A stretch of DNA of 42,116 bases, from NCBI GenBank assembly GCA_020536535.1, contig JAHLWZ010000934.1:1-42116 (forward strand), read 5' to 3'. The stretch comes from Pelomyxa schiedti (taxonomy: Eukaryota > Protista > Evosea). The notes under the pieces were generated by a model. The model saw nothing but the letters and a program-made list of their open reading frames with translations. It ran no database searches and had not been told where the DNA came from. Numbering within the stretch: position 1 is the stretch's first letter; each line of letters opens with the position of its first letter. The translations under genes and the position numbers were made by a program. Positions 1 through 11,741 of this stretch are shown in pieces.

Positions 1-178
1 TAGATTTTTTGTTTTTTTTCCTTTTTCCTCCCCAACGCCAACCGCAAACAAACGACCCCTCCCAAGTGTAAAAACTCCTGCCCGCTCCAGTTTTTTGTAC
101 GCGGTTTTTCAAAATTTGGGGTTTAATGCCTGACGAAATGAAGGCCTCCTTCTCATCACATTTGCACACCGGTGTAGA

Positions 179-3100
179 TTGTACGAAAAACAACCCATTG
201 TGACATCGTACAGAGGGCATGTAACCTACATTATCTTCCGTTCACCGGAGTACGTTGAGTGGGCGTTGGCAAACCCCGGTGGGATCAGATGGGTACCGCG
301 TGATGAGCAACAGCGCCTCCCCTCTGCGGCCGCGGAGGTCCGAGGTCGGCAGGAACACTCGCAGCTTAGATCTAAGTGGCTCGCCCAGCAGAAGCAGCAG
401 CCCCACCCTCCCGCGGAGTCTTCAGACCGTGCGGCCCCACAGCCACAAAGACGCGGCAGGCCGAGGGCCCCGCCGCCCCCGCCTCCCCAGCTCCTGCACA
501 CCAGCACTACTACTACGCGCCCCTCACAGCCCTTGGCCAGCAGCAGCACCCACAGTTGTGCAAGTTCAACCTACCTGCAAGACCCTCAGAGCTGTGCTGA
601 TGCACCACAGCAACCACAATTAACTGACCGCAGCGTCAACGCACATAATAGTAATCACCATCATCGCCATCATCATCATCACCAGCACCACACCAAGAAA
701 GGCCACGCAAACCAAGTTTGTAGTGCAAGTGACGATTGCGTCGTTGTCAGTGTCAGTCCTGCAAAGAGATATCGTGTAGAGGAGACAGCTGAACCTACAC
801 CACATATTACACAAACAAATTCGCCAAATTCTGTGAGTCCACCTCCTTACCACCAGCTTCTTAGTGGAAAAGTTCAACCACAGCAAGATTCAGCAGTAGA
901 GCAGAATCAGAATGATGTTTCTGGTGCTCGTACTGCTCCACCTGTCGCGCCTTTGCCAAACACTATGCCACAGCCAGCTTGGCGCCACAGATTCGGCCCA
1001 ACAGCAACAGGTGAAAAATATGGGGACATTCCGGAAATCCCCGCTGCGCTACCTGCCACTCCACTACTTAATACACAAACAGGTCAGCATCCATCCACCT
1101 TCATAACTGTATTGGTACGTTCTTCACAACCATTCATGCACATTATAATTTCTAAAAAGGAACAATTCTCAACCTCACCTTCGAGCTTTTCTTCAAACTC
1201 GAGCTCGACTAACACTGGTACACTCCCCTAACAACACGCAAACTAACTCACACTAATCACATTCAAGATTCTGTTCCACCACCCTCGCTTCCGCTAGGTA
1301 CTGACCTTTCAAACTGTGAAACACTCCCCCAAGCAGATACGGTCCAAAAAGAAACCATTCCACCTAGTCAATTGGTAGAGCCGAAGCAACTACAAGACCA
1401 ATTGCAACAAATTCAACAACAGATACAGAAATTGCAAAGCCGCCTGCCTCCACTTCAAACCGTTTCTGAGGACGTTCCAAAAGAAGATAGCGCCGTAAAT
1501 ACCCCTTCAGAGGACAAGGATTCAATCTCCAGTAAGGAATTTTCGCGAATTTCTGGAGCCAGTAAGAAAGGTGACAAATATCTCTTCACTGAGTCAAAAA
1601 ACTCTAGGGCATCACATCAAAGCAGTGCATCCACTGCACAAGCTTTTTGTGGTGTTCCTGGTGCTGGGGATAGTACTGCCTCAATTGGTTGCAGCTGTTC
1701 AGCCCGTGGCTTCTCTGAAAAGCCTGCAAGTAGTAAGTCAGAAAATCGTATTGGCATGAAGAGAAAAAAGAAAGTCCCAAGTGGTGAGAAAATTCTGAAG
1801 TACAAACTCCGTCTTCTGGAACTTAAGCAACAATATAAGATACATGAGCTACAAAAAGATCTAATTGCACAGTGTGGGACCCTTCTTGAATTGCCAGCTG
1901 TAAGAGATAAAACAGCCATCACGACAACCACAGCAGAAAGCTGCACCCCCCTCACAAGCAACAAAGGCACTGCCACTGAAAATCCCCAGGCACCAGAAAA
2001 ATCCAATATTCTGAGGACAAGCGATTCGATGATGACAGAATTTCGTGTGACGGAACCCTGGGGTGATTGCTCTGCGTTGGTTGAAGTTGTTGACCCACCC
2101 CAGGTGCGACCTGGGGAGTATGATTTGGGTAAGATGACTGCAGAAGCTATGAAGACTAGTGGCATTGGGAAAAAAGTTTTATTCATGTGGCCCATTACAA
2201 TACTGCCATGTTCCCCACCATGGACCCCCCAAGGTGTGAAACCTGTCCGGCTGAAGGCCGCTACGAAAAGGGCACCATTTGAATTGCAGTGTTACGAGTA
2301 TATAAAGGTGAGAATTTCACAATTCAATTCCAAACCAACCTCACCTCCCACATAGGAAATTTGCAGGCAGGTAAAAACCCATCATTTGATTGATATACGG
2401 GCCAGGTCCCCCTTCAAAATTGAGTTCAGAGTTGGAGATGCACATGTGCGAGGCCTTTTGGATCAGGGCCTGGCTCCATTTATGGAGTCGAGGACTCATG
2501 GACACGAAGTGTTCCGTAATTTGCAGGTGTGTTCTTTCACATAGCATAAAGTGCATGAAAAACCTCTCCCTTCGTTCCTTTAAGTTTGTTGTGGAGGATC
2601 AAAGTGGCAATGGATCAACCACTCAGGGCCAGTTGTCAATATTCTCCACTCATTTGATGGCAGTGCGGCAACAATATGACTTGGGCCCATTTATTGCTGC
2701 TGACTTCTCCAAGCCAGTACCACTTGCTAACAGCCTACGAAAAAGTGGTGTGAAAAGTGAGGCTGGGGTGACATTTTCATATGTGGACTCTAATGGTCAG
2801 CACCCTGCCGGTACAATGAATTCAAAGGATGCCTCTATGTGGTTTGCATATTTCATGTCTGAAACAGCAGGCACTGAGCCAGGAGCAATCCCGACCTATG
2901 CACACTTTTTTAATCCACACAAGCAGCTCAACATTGATTGCGGTGCTACCAATACAACAGCAATACATTCAGTGACTTCAACAGCTGCTCCATCACAGTC
3001 TCATGGACCGTTGGACACTCACGCCGATGACGGCGCTGACGCGCAAGGCGATGCTAATGTCAGTGAGGACGATGAGGACGAACCAGGTGAGGGGGATGAT

Positions 3101-3229
3101 GCTGACGACGAGGACGAGCCAAGCATGGGGGATGACGAGGATGAGACGAGCGAGGGGCATGATGAACCAAGTGAGGGGAATGATAATGACCGTGATGCCG
3201 AGACCCCCTCAAGCGATAGTAGCTCCTAG
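179..3229 (+). CDS. Hypothetical multi-exon protein, low-complexity (Q/P/H-rich N-terminus, short coiled-coil-like stretch, acidic D/E tail); true start uncertain
   Basis: ORFs 179-1231, 1372-2355 and 2390-3229 can be joined via GT-AG introns (e.g. actg|gtacac...ttcaag|attctg keeps frame into 1372; aaag|gtgaga...cacatag|gaaatt). The listed start at 179 is TTG, not ATG. No family recognised. Confidence 0.5.
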
Positions 3230-3382
3230 TGTTTGTTAAGAATTCCCTTGTCGACAAATAGAAAAAATGATAGAACTTCCTTTCTTTTTACTGTCAAGAA
3301 AACACACCCATGTGCAGAACCAACATCAAAGATTTAGTGCCAACCTGTAGGCAAGTTCAGTCAAAGGTTAGAGGTATTAACA

Positions 3383-5229
3383 TCAAATTGATGTGGAATG
3401 TACTGACCAAGTGCATTGTGATGACTGGATAGAACTAGTCTGGTCATGTGCACTTGTGAAAAGAAAAACTCCACTATCCACAGAGACCTTTGATTGTGTA
3501 CTATCAAGCAGACTACTTTCATCAGTCGGGATTGATTTGAACCGCGAGAGTTTCAAGAAACTGCCAGAAGTAGTTTCCAAATTGAACTTCCTGACGCCTC
3601 CACTTTTGTCCTCACCCACTGGTGCTGCACTTTGTGGAGAGAGATTGGGAATGGAGTGTCATTTCCTCTATTTTGTTTGTCTTTGAGTCTGCAGACCTTT
3701 CATTACTCACTTCCAGTTCATCAACCCACCAGTCTTCATCCCCATCCCCATCCCCATTCTTACTCTGAGTTTCTTCTGTGAGAGTGTCTTCTGAACCAAC
3801 AATCAGGGTTACTTCACTTTCACTTTCATCTCCGATATCCATGGATGTGTTCAAACCCAATACAACACTTATGCCTTCAGTAGTGTCTGAATGCTCAGAG
3901 ACTAGAACTGAATTGTGTTGGGTGGCAGAGGTACTGTCTTTCTCTTTAAGACTTGCAATTGTCTTTATGCTCTCCTTCGTGCTTTGTGCACTGCCTTTCC
4001 TTGAAGGATTGGTGATTTGATGACTCGTTATGCAATCGGAAAGACTCCCCGAGCTCGTTGTGATTGGAAAATAATGTGACATTGTGCCATTGGTTTCAAG
4101 TGTGTCAAGAGCTTCAATTTCTTCAGTTCCAAAAACACCATCCCACGCTCGAGATCTAGGAAGAGGCTGGAAGGACTTGGAAGACAGGGTCGATTCAGGC
4201 AGAGAACTTATGTGAAGAGATTCTGTTGTGAAGGTCATACCACTACTTAAATTTTGATCTGAACAACCATCAATATCTTCACCCACTGGCTGACATACTA
4301 CAGGAAATAATAATAAATAAATAATCCTGAATGCAGCTCCCAAATTGAGGTCTTTGTGAAGTCTCATGTATGCCTCTGTGTTTTCTGCTGGATTGTTTGC
4401 TGGAGAAACTGGCCCCTTTGTGTGAACCTCTATTCTCATTTGCAGTGAAACTTGGGTGGGTTGAAAAACCTTGCTCTTCTGAAGAGTGAAAACTTGCATC
4501 AGAAACAGAGCAATTCAAGGAATTCATTGTAGTAGGAAATAGAGATGAGGATAAAGATGCCCCAGAAAAAGAAGAGTTTCCAATAGCACTCAACTCCACA
4601 GGAGACAGGGATTCAGTGTGTATAGACATGTGGTTCCCAGTGTAGGTCCTTACACTGGGATAGTTCGATTCATCAGATTTTTCTTTATCCTCAGAGGGTA
4701 GTTCCCCATTGTGAATACCATTGATCACTGGGCTCTCACTGGCTGCTTCTACCTCGAGAGGCTTTGAAACAGAATGTGTATCTGTTCCGTAACTGCCAGT
4801 GAGAGACTGCACTAAAAAATGATTAGTTTCTTGGGTGTTTATGCTTGGATCTAAGCAACTGCTTTCATCACCCGGGTACCCTGCAATAAAAAGTGGATCC
4901 ATTGACTCATGGTAGTCATCGCTTTCAACCAACGTGCTACTTAGCGAAGAGGCGGCAGAATCTTGATTTACCACTTCACCAATCGACACCCATTTATGTG
5001 AAGCCTCATTCCAGTTGTAAGCTTCTGCCACATTTCCATTTCTCACAACTTTTGGTTCACCGTCGAATTTGCCAGGTGCTGACAGCACACTCAATGGAAC
5101 AGAGTCATTTGGCCTCAGAAGAAAAGAAAACAAAAAAAAGCAACAAGAAATCACAAAATTTTGTCGATGGACATGGCGTCGTCTCCCGAAGTCGAGTTCA
5201 AAAATTACCTCTGCACGAGGGATCGGCAT
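3383..5229 (-). CDS. Hypothetical Ser/Glu-rich protein containing an in-frame 49-codon piece of the neighbouring PLAA gene
   Basis: Long overlapping minus-strand ORFs 4279-5229, 3612-4499 and 3383-3619 with plausible intron signals between them. Exon structure is not resolved. Confidence 0.45.
4946..5094 (-). repeat. 149-bp direct copy of PLAA exon segment 9833-9981
   Basis: gaagaggcggcagaatc...gacagcacactcaa is present at both places with one mismatch (caatcGacac vs caatcAacac). Confidence 0.97.
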
Positions 5230-5754
5230 CGGCCCCGGAGCTTCTACGAGGGGAACTTAAATGATGGCGGCAACAAGCGGTGGGTTTTTTTTTTCCCCAC
5301 TACGACACCACAACCCCAACCCGACATCTCTTAACGGGAATTTATAAGGTTAGAAATTTGGGCGACCCCAGGAATTCGAGCTATTCGTTAGATTTGACCC
5401 AGAATCCCTGGCTGAGCAAACAAGCGCTTTTTCCCACCAAATCCCAAGTGACGCGTTCCAGGCTTCCTATCAGAAGACCTGAAACACCCGCCGTAAATTA
5501 GAGAAGTAGTGTGTGGTGGTGAAGCCGCATAGTGCGGGAGTAACTAAGACAATCCCCTTTTTCTCAGTGGTGTTATTGGTGTGGGTTTGCGGTTGTTTGC
5601 TCCCCGCTGTGCCTCTGAGAGATTCAGCTTTTAAGCAATCCCCACACATCCCACTAAACTCCACTTCCCCAGTTCTATAGCTCTAACCACCCCTCGGCGG
5701 CTCCCCACCACACAGCCCAAAAATCAAATCAACACAACCAACCAACACAACAGA

Positions 5755-6570
5755 TCAGAATAGGTTGTTCTTCGTGCAATCTACACTACTGTTTGTCCAC
5801 CAACTCCGTGCTTGGTCGTGGGGAATACTTATCTTTAGGGCTATTTCCTTGAGCATTCTAACCACTGTGCCAATGTTGGGTCTCATTGTGGGATCGTGGT
5901 GCCACATAGCTTCGATTAATGTCTCAGTACTACCACCATCATCACCTGCCACATTTACCTCTGAGGGGATGGGCTTTGGTCTTGGAGGCATAGGTGTGGT
6001 GCAAGGTCTCTTGGAACTAGAGGCACTCACCTCTACATCTTCAGACTCTGGTGTCATTTGGTCCTCGTAATCCTCTTCTTCTGATTGTGACTCCTCACCT
6101 GATGATGATTGAGGTTGTTCCCCCTGGTTCTCCACCACTCTTCTTGGCATTGCTGTTGAGCTGCTGGTTGCCTAATGATTATGGATGAGTTGGAGATGGG
6201 AGTGTGGTGTGACCTGGTGGATGATGAGGAGTGCAAGTGGCAGTGATGATTGCTGTGGTGCCTATGATGAAGGCGAGGGCTGTGAGTATTTTCACCACCA
6301 TTCGTATCCCTTAATCCTATGGTGCTAGCACTAGTGGGCTGGGGTGGTGGTGGGCGGGGCAGCGGGGGCGTCCTACGTCGGCGGCGGCAGCGGCCCTGGA
6401 TGCGCGGCCGCGGCCCCGGCCCTGCGGTTGTGGTTGGGGCTGCGGCGGTCGGCCGGGCCTGCTCCCCAGGCATAGCAAAGAAGCCGACGACTCCTGGGTA
6501 TTGGAGGGGCCCGTGCGAGGCGCCGTTGCTCTTCGCGCGAGACCCACCTGTAGGCATAGGCCACAGACAC
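5755..6570 (-). pseudogene. Chimeric or degenerate gene: 5' part resembles the N-terminus of the 179-3229 gene, followed by an acidic stretch and a captured kinase-tail fragment
   Basis: RWVSREEQRRL (6373-6570 frame) vs RWVPRDEQQRL (179 ORF). Pro-rich and His-rich tracts fall in a second frame and TLIEAMWHHDPTMRP in a third (5755-6150). Confidence 0.4.
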
Positions 6571-6707
6571 ATCAAGACATTAATCGAAGCTATGTGGCAC
6601 CACGATCCCACAATGAGACCCAACATTGGCACAGTGGTTAGAATGCTCAAGGAAATAGCCCTAAAGATAAGTATTCCCCACGACCAAGCACGGAGTTGGT
6701 CGACAAA
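5792..6707. repeat. 133-bp inverted repeat pair (5792-5924 and 6575-6707) enclosing a 650-bp spacer
   Basis: The reverse complement of 5792-5924 equals 6575-6707 except for one base (tggtGgacaaa vs tggtCgacaaa). Confidence 0.97.
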
Positions 6708-7429
6708 TTGCTTTGGGCTTGAGTTGGAAGTTACCTGGAAGAAGTTCCGTGCCTATGTAACTGCAGGCTTGAATCAGAAACGAGAATTGATTGGGGCCGT
6801 GAAGAAGTCGCCACTTGGTAACCCACCCCTCAAAACACACAGTCAAAAACACATTCCCAATACCACCTCCTCAGTCACTCATCCCCACTTTAGGTATCGG
6901 TCGTGACTTAACCGCGAAGCAGTTCTACAACCTCGCACAATGCTTAGGGTCATTCCCAGTGAATCAGGCCCATTTCATAGCGGTATGGAGAACCATTCTC
7001 TAACAATACACTAACAAAACACACCCTCCAACACAGATGGTGACATTATGCAATCAAATATGGTTCGCTGGTTCCATTGGCGATGTTGAATTGCGCCGGA
7101 TGCTGCACAGCACCCCTGGATCCTTAGTTGTGAGGAAGAGTTGCCGGACCCAACCGAACATTTGAGATATGCTCCATAGGAGAGGGAGAACTGCAAATCG
7201 GCGAGTAAGTGTCTCGCCACAAGAAACCACAACTCACTCTGATTGTAGAATTTATGGGGCACCTGGCGGTTATGAGCACTTGCCAACTGGGATTCGTGGC
7301 CATTCCGTTACATCTCTGGTCTGGCACTTGCACAACAAGGGTTTGATTGGGCATCCTTGCATCTTCGCCAATCCCAACTGCAATGCTGACTGCACATTAG
7401 ACTCAAAATGCCCTGTCCCCCCCTACTAG
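6567..7429 (+). pseudogene. 5'-truncated Shk-like (kinase + SH2) gene relic
   Basis: Spliced translation: IKTLIEAMWHHDPTMRP (kinase subdomain XI), DQARSWSTNCFGLELEVTWKKF and LTAKQFYNLAQCLGSF (Shk-type linker), WFAGSIGDVELRRMLHSTPGSLVVRKS (SH2 start). A +1 frameshift near 7144 precedes PNRTFEICSI. No upstream kinase exons seen. Confidence 0.65.
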
Positions 7430-7690
7430 TCGTCGTGGTCACGCAGTTCAAACAAACAGACAACTGACCCCAATCCAATCCATCCAATCCATCCAAACCC
7501 CCTCAATTCTAATGTGGAAACATTTTTTTTGACTTGTGAAACTGAAATTTTTTTTTTTTCCTCTTTTCCTCACTCATTCAACACTTGGGGTTTGTTTGTG
7601 GTGCGTTCTCAAACTTAGAGAGTTCCACGCAAAAGAACAGCTAGCATGGCAGCTACCATGAAGGCACTAGTAAAAGTAATAACAACAACA

Positions 7691-7821
7691 GTTTCATGTT
7701 CCAAATCAGCGCCTAGTTGATCAAATCATCCATAATGGGTGTGAGTGACGTGGTACCAACTAAAAGAAGTTGTGCGGTATTGGATAGTGTTTCATGTTCC
7801 AAATCAGCGCCTGGTTGATCA
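7691..7821. repeat. 33-bp direct repeat (7691-7723, 7789-7821) flanking a 65-nt spacer
   Basis: gtttcatgttccaaatcagcgcct(a/g)gttgatca occurs twice, one mismatch. Confidence 0.95.
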
Positions 7822-8095
7822 GTCTTGTTCGCGTTTCTCATCACAAAAACCAATGTGGGGGGTGCTCCACTGTCAAGGAGCGGATCTTGACACCCCTTAC
7901 ATCGTCCTCGTAGCACCTCGATCTATGGTCCATTGAGCACAGCATGCACATAAATGCACAGAGTGTGATGTGAGGAGGCACTCCCTCAGTTAATTAAAGG
8001 TACCTAAATTTATACCTCCATTTCGTTGATAGAGAAATAATTGTGTTACGGTCCGTTATTTATTCCACTTTTTTTCGGGCTTATTGTGTTTTTTT

Positions 8096-11000
8096 TTAGG
8101 ATTTGAGGATGTTCAGAAGTGCGATGGCACATTGAGCAAGAGTTTGTTCAGGGGTGGAAGTGGAGAGGGTGGTGAGGCGTTGTGATGTGTCGAGTGACCG
8201 GAGTACTTCGAGGTGTAGAGGGTCGTTGGTCACGAGTGTGCCTAGGGCAAGAACGGTTCTCCCCAAGATATTTACTCGTTCATCTGTGACCAGGACCTTG
8301 GGTTTGTTGAGTTGGTTGTGGGTGGGGGTGATTGACTGACTAATGGGTTACTACCTCACAAAGAATGGAGATGCACTGTGCTTTTTCTATTATGGCTGGC
8401 ATCTTTACTGCGAGACTGCGAAAAGGAAAAAAAAAAGTTATCCATTGGCATGGGAGGAAAAGAAGAACACACTTGAGGATGGCTGAAACAATAGCAAATC
8501 TTAAGTGCTCGTTGTGAGATTTGCTGAGTTCAGCGAACAATTCGAGTGCCTGTTACAATTAGAGTTGGGTTCGTGTGTGTTGAAAGGTATACCGTGCTCT
8601 TATGTGCGTCGAACATGGGTTGTAGATGGCCAGTTACTAAGGCATTCGCGATGAATCTTAACGCAGCTGTAAAAAGGTACTACGAAAAATATCAAAACCT
8701 CACACAGAGCATTCTCAGATTGTCTGTCGAAGAGGACTGACAGTAATTCAATATCTTGGAGACAATGTCCTCACCTGTCCAGTTTAAAGCTAATGGTTGA
8801 CAAGCTGCCGGATGTAAAACTAGTTGACCAAAAAGATCCACAACTAAATACATTGTCGGCTCTTGAGGATAAAAGTGGGACCTGCCTGGTAAAACGTTCT
8901 GAACAGGCCAAGACAGTAACTTTTGTAAAAGTTGGACGTCTGTTGGCCCAAGCTGCACGTTGTTACCTGCACGCACTTAAAATGAAAAGGGATTGTTCCC
9001 CTGTACTTTTTAGAGCAACCAGTAAGTTTGTCACACTAATTTTTTCACTGGGGCTCAGAGACATCTACAGAATACGATTAAACAAAGGTGGTGTTACAAA
9101 GCTCCGAATCACACAGGAAAGCTAATGGCATCACTGAACTTCATGAGAGTTCTCTCCAAACCCTCATAATTTGGAGATTGGAAGCACACAGTTGTAGTCT
9201 GAAATTAGTATTAACATGAAATCTATGACGTGCAACTGTACATAAGGAATGAGCTTGGGCTTGGCAGTGGGAAGAGGTTCTATGCACATTTATTGAAAAA
9301 AAAATGCTCACTCAGCTTACCAACAAAAGGATTGTGTGGTGGAACAGCAGCAGATAGACGGGGCCCAAACTTATTCTCAGGTCCTGTATACCTAACGTCA
9401 CCTACTCCAGTGAGATTTATACAGGAACATGCAAATAGTAAACCAGTAAAAGGCAGAGGTGCAAGATTCCGGGGTTCTTCTTCTCCAATGACTACATCTT
9501 GAGTGTTTTGGTCAATAAATCGTACAATCTTCAAACAGTGATATTAATTGGCAAGAAGAACAGTTGTTTTTCTAACATCTTCCATGAAAGTTTGCTCAAG
9601 ATCATTCTAGGGTAATACATCAAATGTAAACTAATTAGTGGGTGGTTACATCTGCCAAAAAATTGTGTGCCACTATGTATGGATTTTCATTGTTATTATA
9701 AGCCAATTTGAACTTCCTGCCATCCAAATCAACATCGAATACATAATCATACTTGGATTTGGGTGAGACTTAAAAAAAAACCTTGACAAGTTTACCTCCT
9801 TCCCTTTATACATCACACGACTATGAACACCAGAAGAGGCGGCAGAATCTTGATTTACCACTTCACCAATCAACACCCATTTATGTGAAGCCTCATTCCA
9901 GTTGTAAGCTTCTGCCACATTTCCATTTCTCACAACTTTTGGTTCACCGTCGAATTTGCCAGGTGCTGACAGCACACTCAACCCAGGTAGGGCGCTTACA
10001 TTGATCGATTCTGCTGTTCTTGTGTGGTGAGCTTTGTCCAAAGGAGTAAGGGCATACTGTGCTTGTGTGGATTGGAGTGTGGCTGCATATGCCTGTCGAA
10101 CCCCTTCCGATGCAATCCTTCTTGGGTCCCGGGTCCAAATACGTGCATTTCCATCAGAGGCACCTAGAATCCAGTTAATGGAACCTAAGGGGACTTTTTA
10201 TACCAGTCACTATATCGCCGTTCGGAAGAGAGAAGACACCCCACACCGTTGAGGGATGGGTCACAGTATCAACTTCCGTAGAACCTTGGTTTGGGTTGGT
10301 GTGATAGGAAATTCGTAGAGGAAAAACCTTTCCAGATCTTCAAATTCCTATCTTCAGAAACGGTTGCATACTCTGCTGTCAGTGGCAAATAACAAATGGA
10401 GTAAATAAATCCCGCATGTGCGGGATATGTCCCTATACAACTTCCATCAATTGTCCAGAGGCACACGTTACTACCAGTAGGGATTAGGACAATTACTTCA
10501 ATTAATTAATGCTACCAATCATTACTACAAGAGAGGAATCCAATTTCCGGAACAAGGCAGAGCCCTCTAACGCAATCAGTGTGGTGTAGTTCAGTTTTTG
10601 TGCAAGTAGCACCATTCCACAATTTAATACTTTTATCTGCTGAACCTAATTTTTTTGTGTGGAGGTATCATGTATATGCCTTGAAAGGAGGAAGGTGTTG
10701 TCTGTGTTAAATTGGCATCAGATTTCACATCCAGATTAACAACTAAGAAATCCCCTCTTTATGGTATATAGATACCTGTTACAATTAATCCGTTAGGAAG
10801 TGCAAGGACTGCCCAAACAGATGCCGTGTGTCCAGAAAGCACAAACTGGCACTCTGTACCATTCCAAACTCGTGCTGTGCTATACTTGGTATCAAACTCA
10901 AGCCAAAGGGAAGAAAGATACTTGTCCCAACTTCCTGAAACTATTTGTCCTAGACCAGTGAGTGAAAGAGCACACACACATTTCTGTTTTGTCAAGTCAA

Positions 11001-11444
11001 AAAGTTAACAGGGCCATAATAAAAGTTCCTCATGGCCAGTCAAAGTTCCTGCAATGTCAAACTTCTGTAGGTCCCAAAGAATGACAGCATTGTCATATCC
11101 CGCAGAAACCAGGTGACCTATTACAAAGCAGTTCGTACAAAAGGATAGAACTTCGCTGGTGCTTAACACACCACTAAAAGGATCAAACATCAAGGCGCCA
11201 ACTGCATTGGTATGGCCATTAAGTGTAGTGAGAAGAGTGTATTGAGGATTTTCTGTGTTCTCTGCAAGCATTTGCCACACTTTAATACTATGGTCTCTCG
11301 AGCCTTTAAATATAAATATTCCCCCATTAGCACCGTGCAAAAACAACCAAAAAAAAAAAGCCAACCAGTGAACAACATAGTCGGGGATGCCGTGACACAA
11401 CGAACATCACCCGTATGTCCTGATAGTTCACAACTCAGCTGCAT
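8096..11444 (-). CDS. PLAA: Phospholipase A2-activating protein / Ufd3 / Doa1 (WD40-PFU-PUL), multi-exon
   Basis: N-terminal WD40s (MQLSCELSGHTGDVRCV, LSGHTASVWAVLAL, AHAGFIYSICYL), PFU-region PGKFDGEPKVVRNGNVAEAYNW...IGEVV, C-terminal PUL-like helices ending AIALLNILKS* at 8096. Confidence 0.92.
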
Positions 11445-11741
11445 CTTATTGACTGACTCACTCGGTTTATGGTTATTTCTGATTTGATGACCCGATCTCA
11501 CATAGAATGCTTCGTCTGTGTGATTCGAAGTACTCCAGGATATCCCCGACGTGAGTGTTCATCGAAATGTTGCTGGGGTCAGTCCCTCTCCCTGGGAGTG
11601 TGGGTCCTCTCTTCTCATCAGATGTGCAATTGGTATTTTTTCCTGAAAGTCGTTTTTTCCCTTTCTTTTTCAATTTTGTTCAATTATTCTTTCCTTGTGG
11701 TGCTGCGGCCGTATATTTGTCGCAATATTGTTCGTGCCAAG

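Noticed and set aside
5792-6707. MITE with 133-bp TIRs
   Set aside because: No TSD, and one arm continues seamlessly as Shk coding sequence beyond the repeat.
7647-7720. MAATMKALVK, resembling an alcohol/threonine dehydrogenase N-terminus
   Set aside because: Stops after 24 codons and no downstream dehydrogenase motifs are present.
7691-7821. CRISPR-like repeat-spacer-repeat
   Set aside because: Only two repeats, a 65-nt spacer, eukaryotic context and no cas genes.
11473-11673. Small ORF or structured RNA (minus-strand CTGATGA suggesting hammerhead or C/D box) between PLAA and RPL35A
   Set aside because: No matching GAAA/stems or D-box pairing found; likely promoter/UTR.
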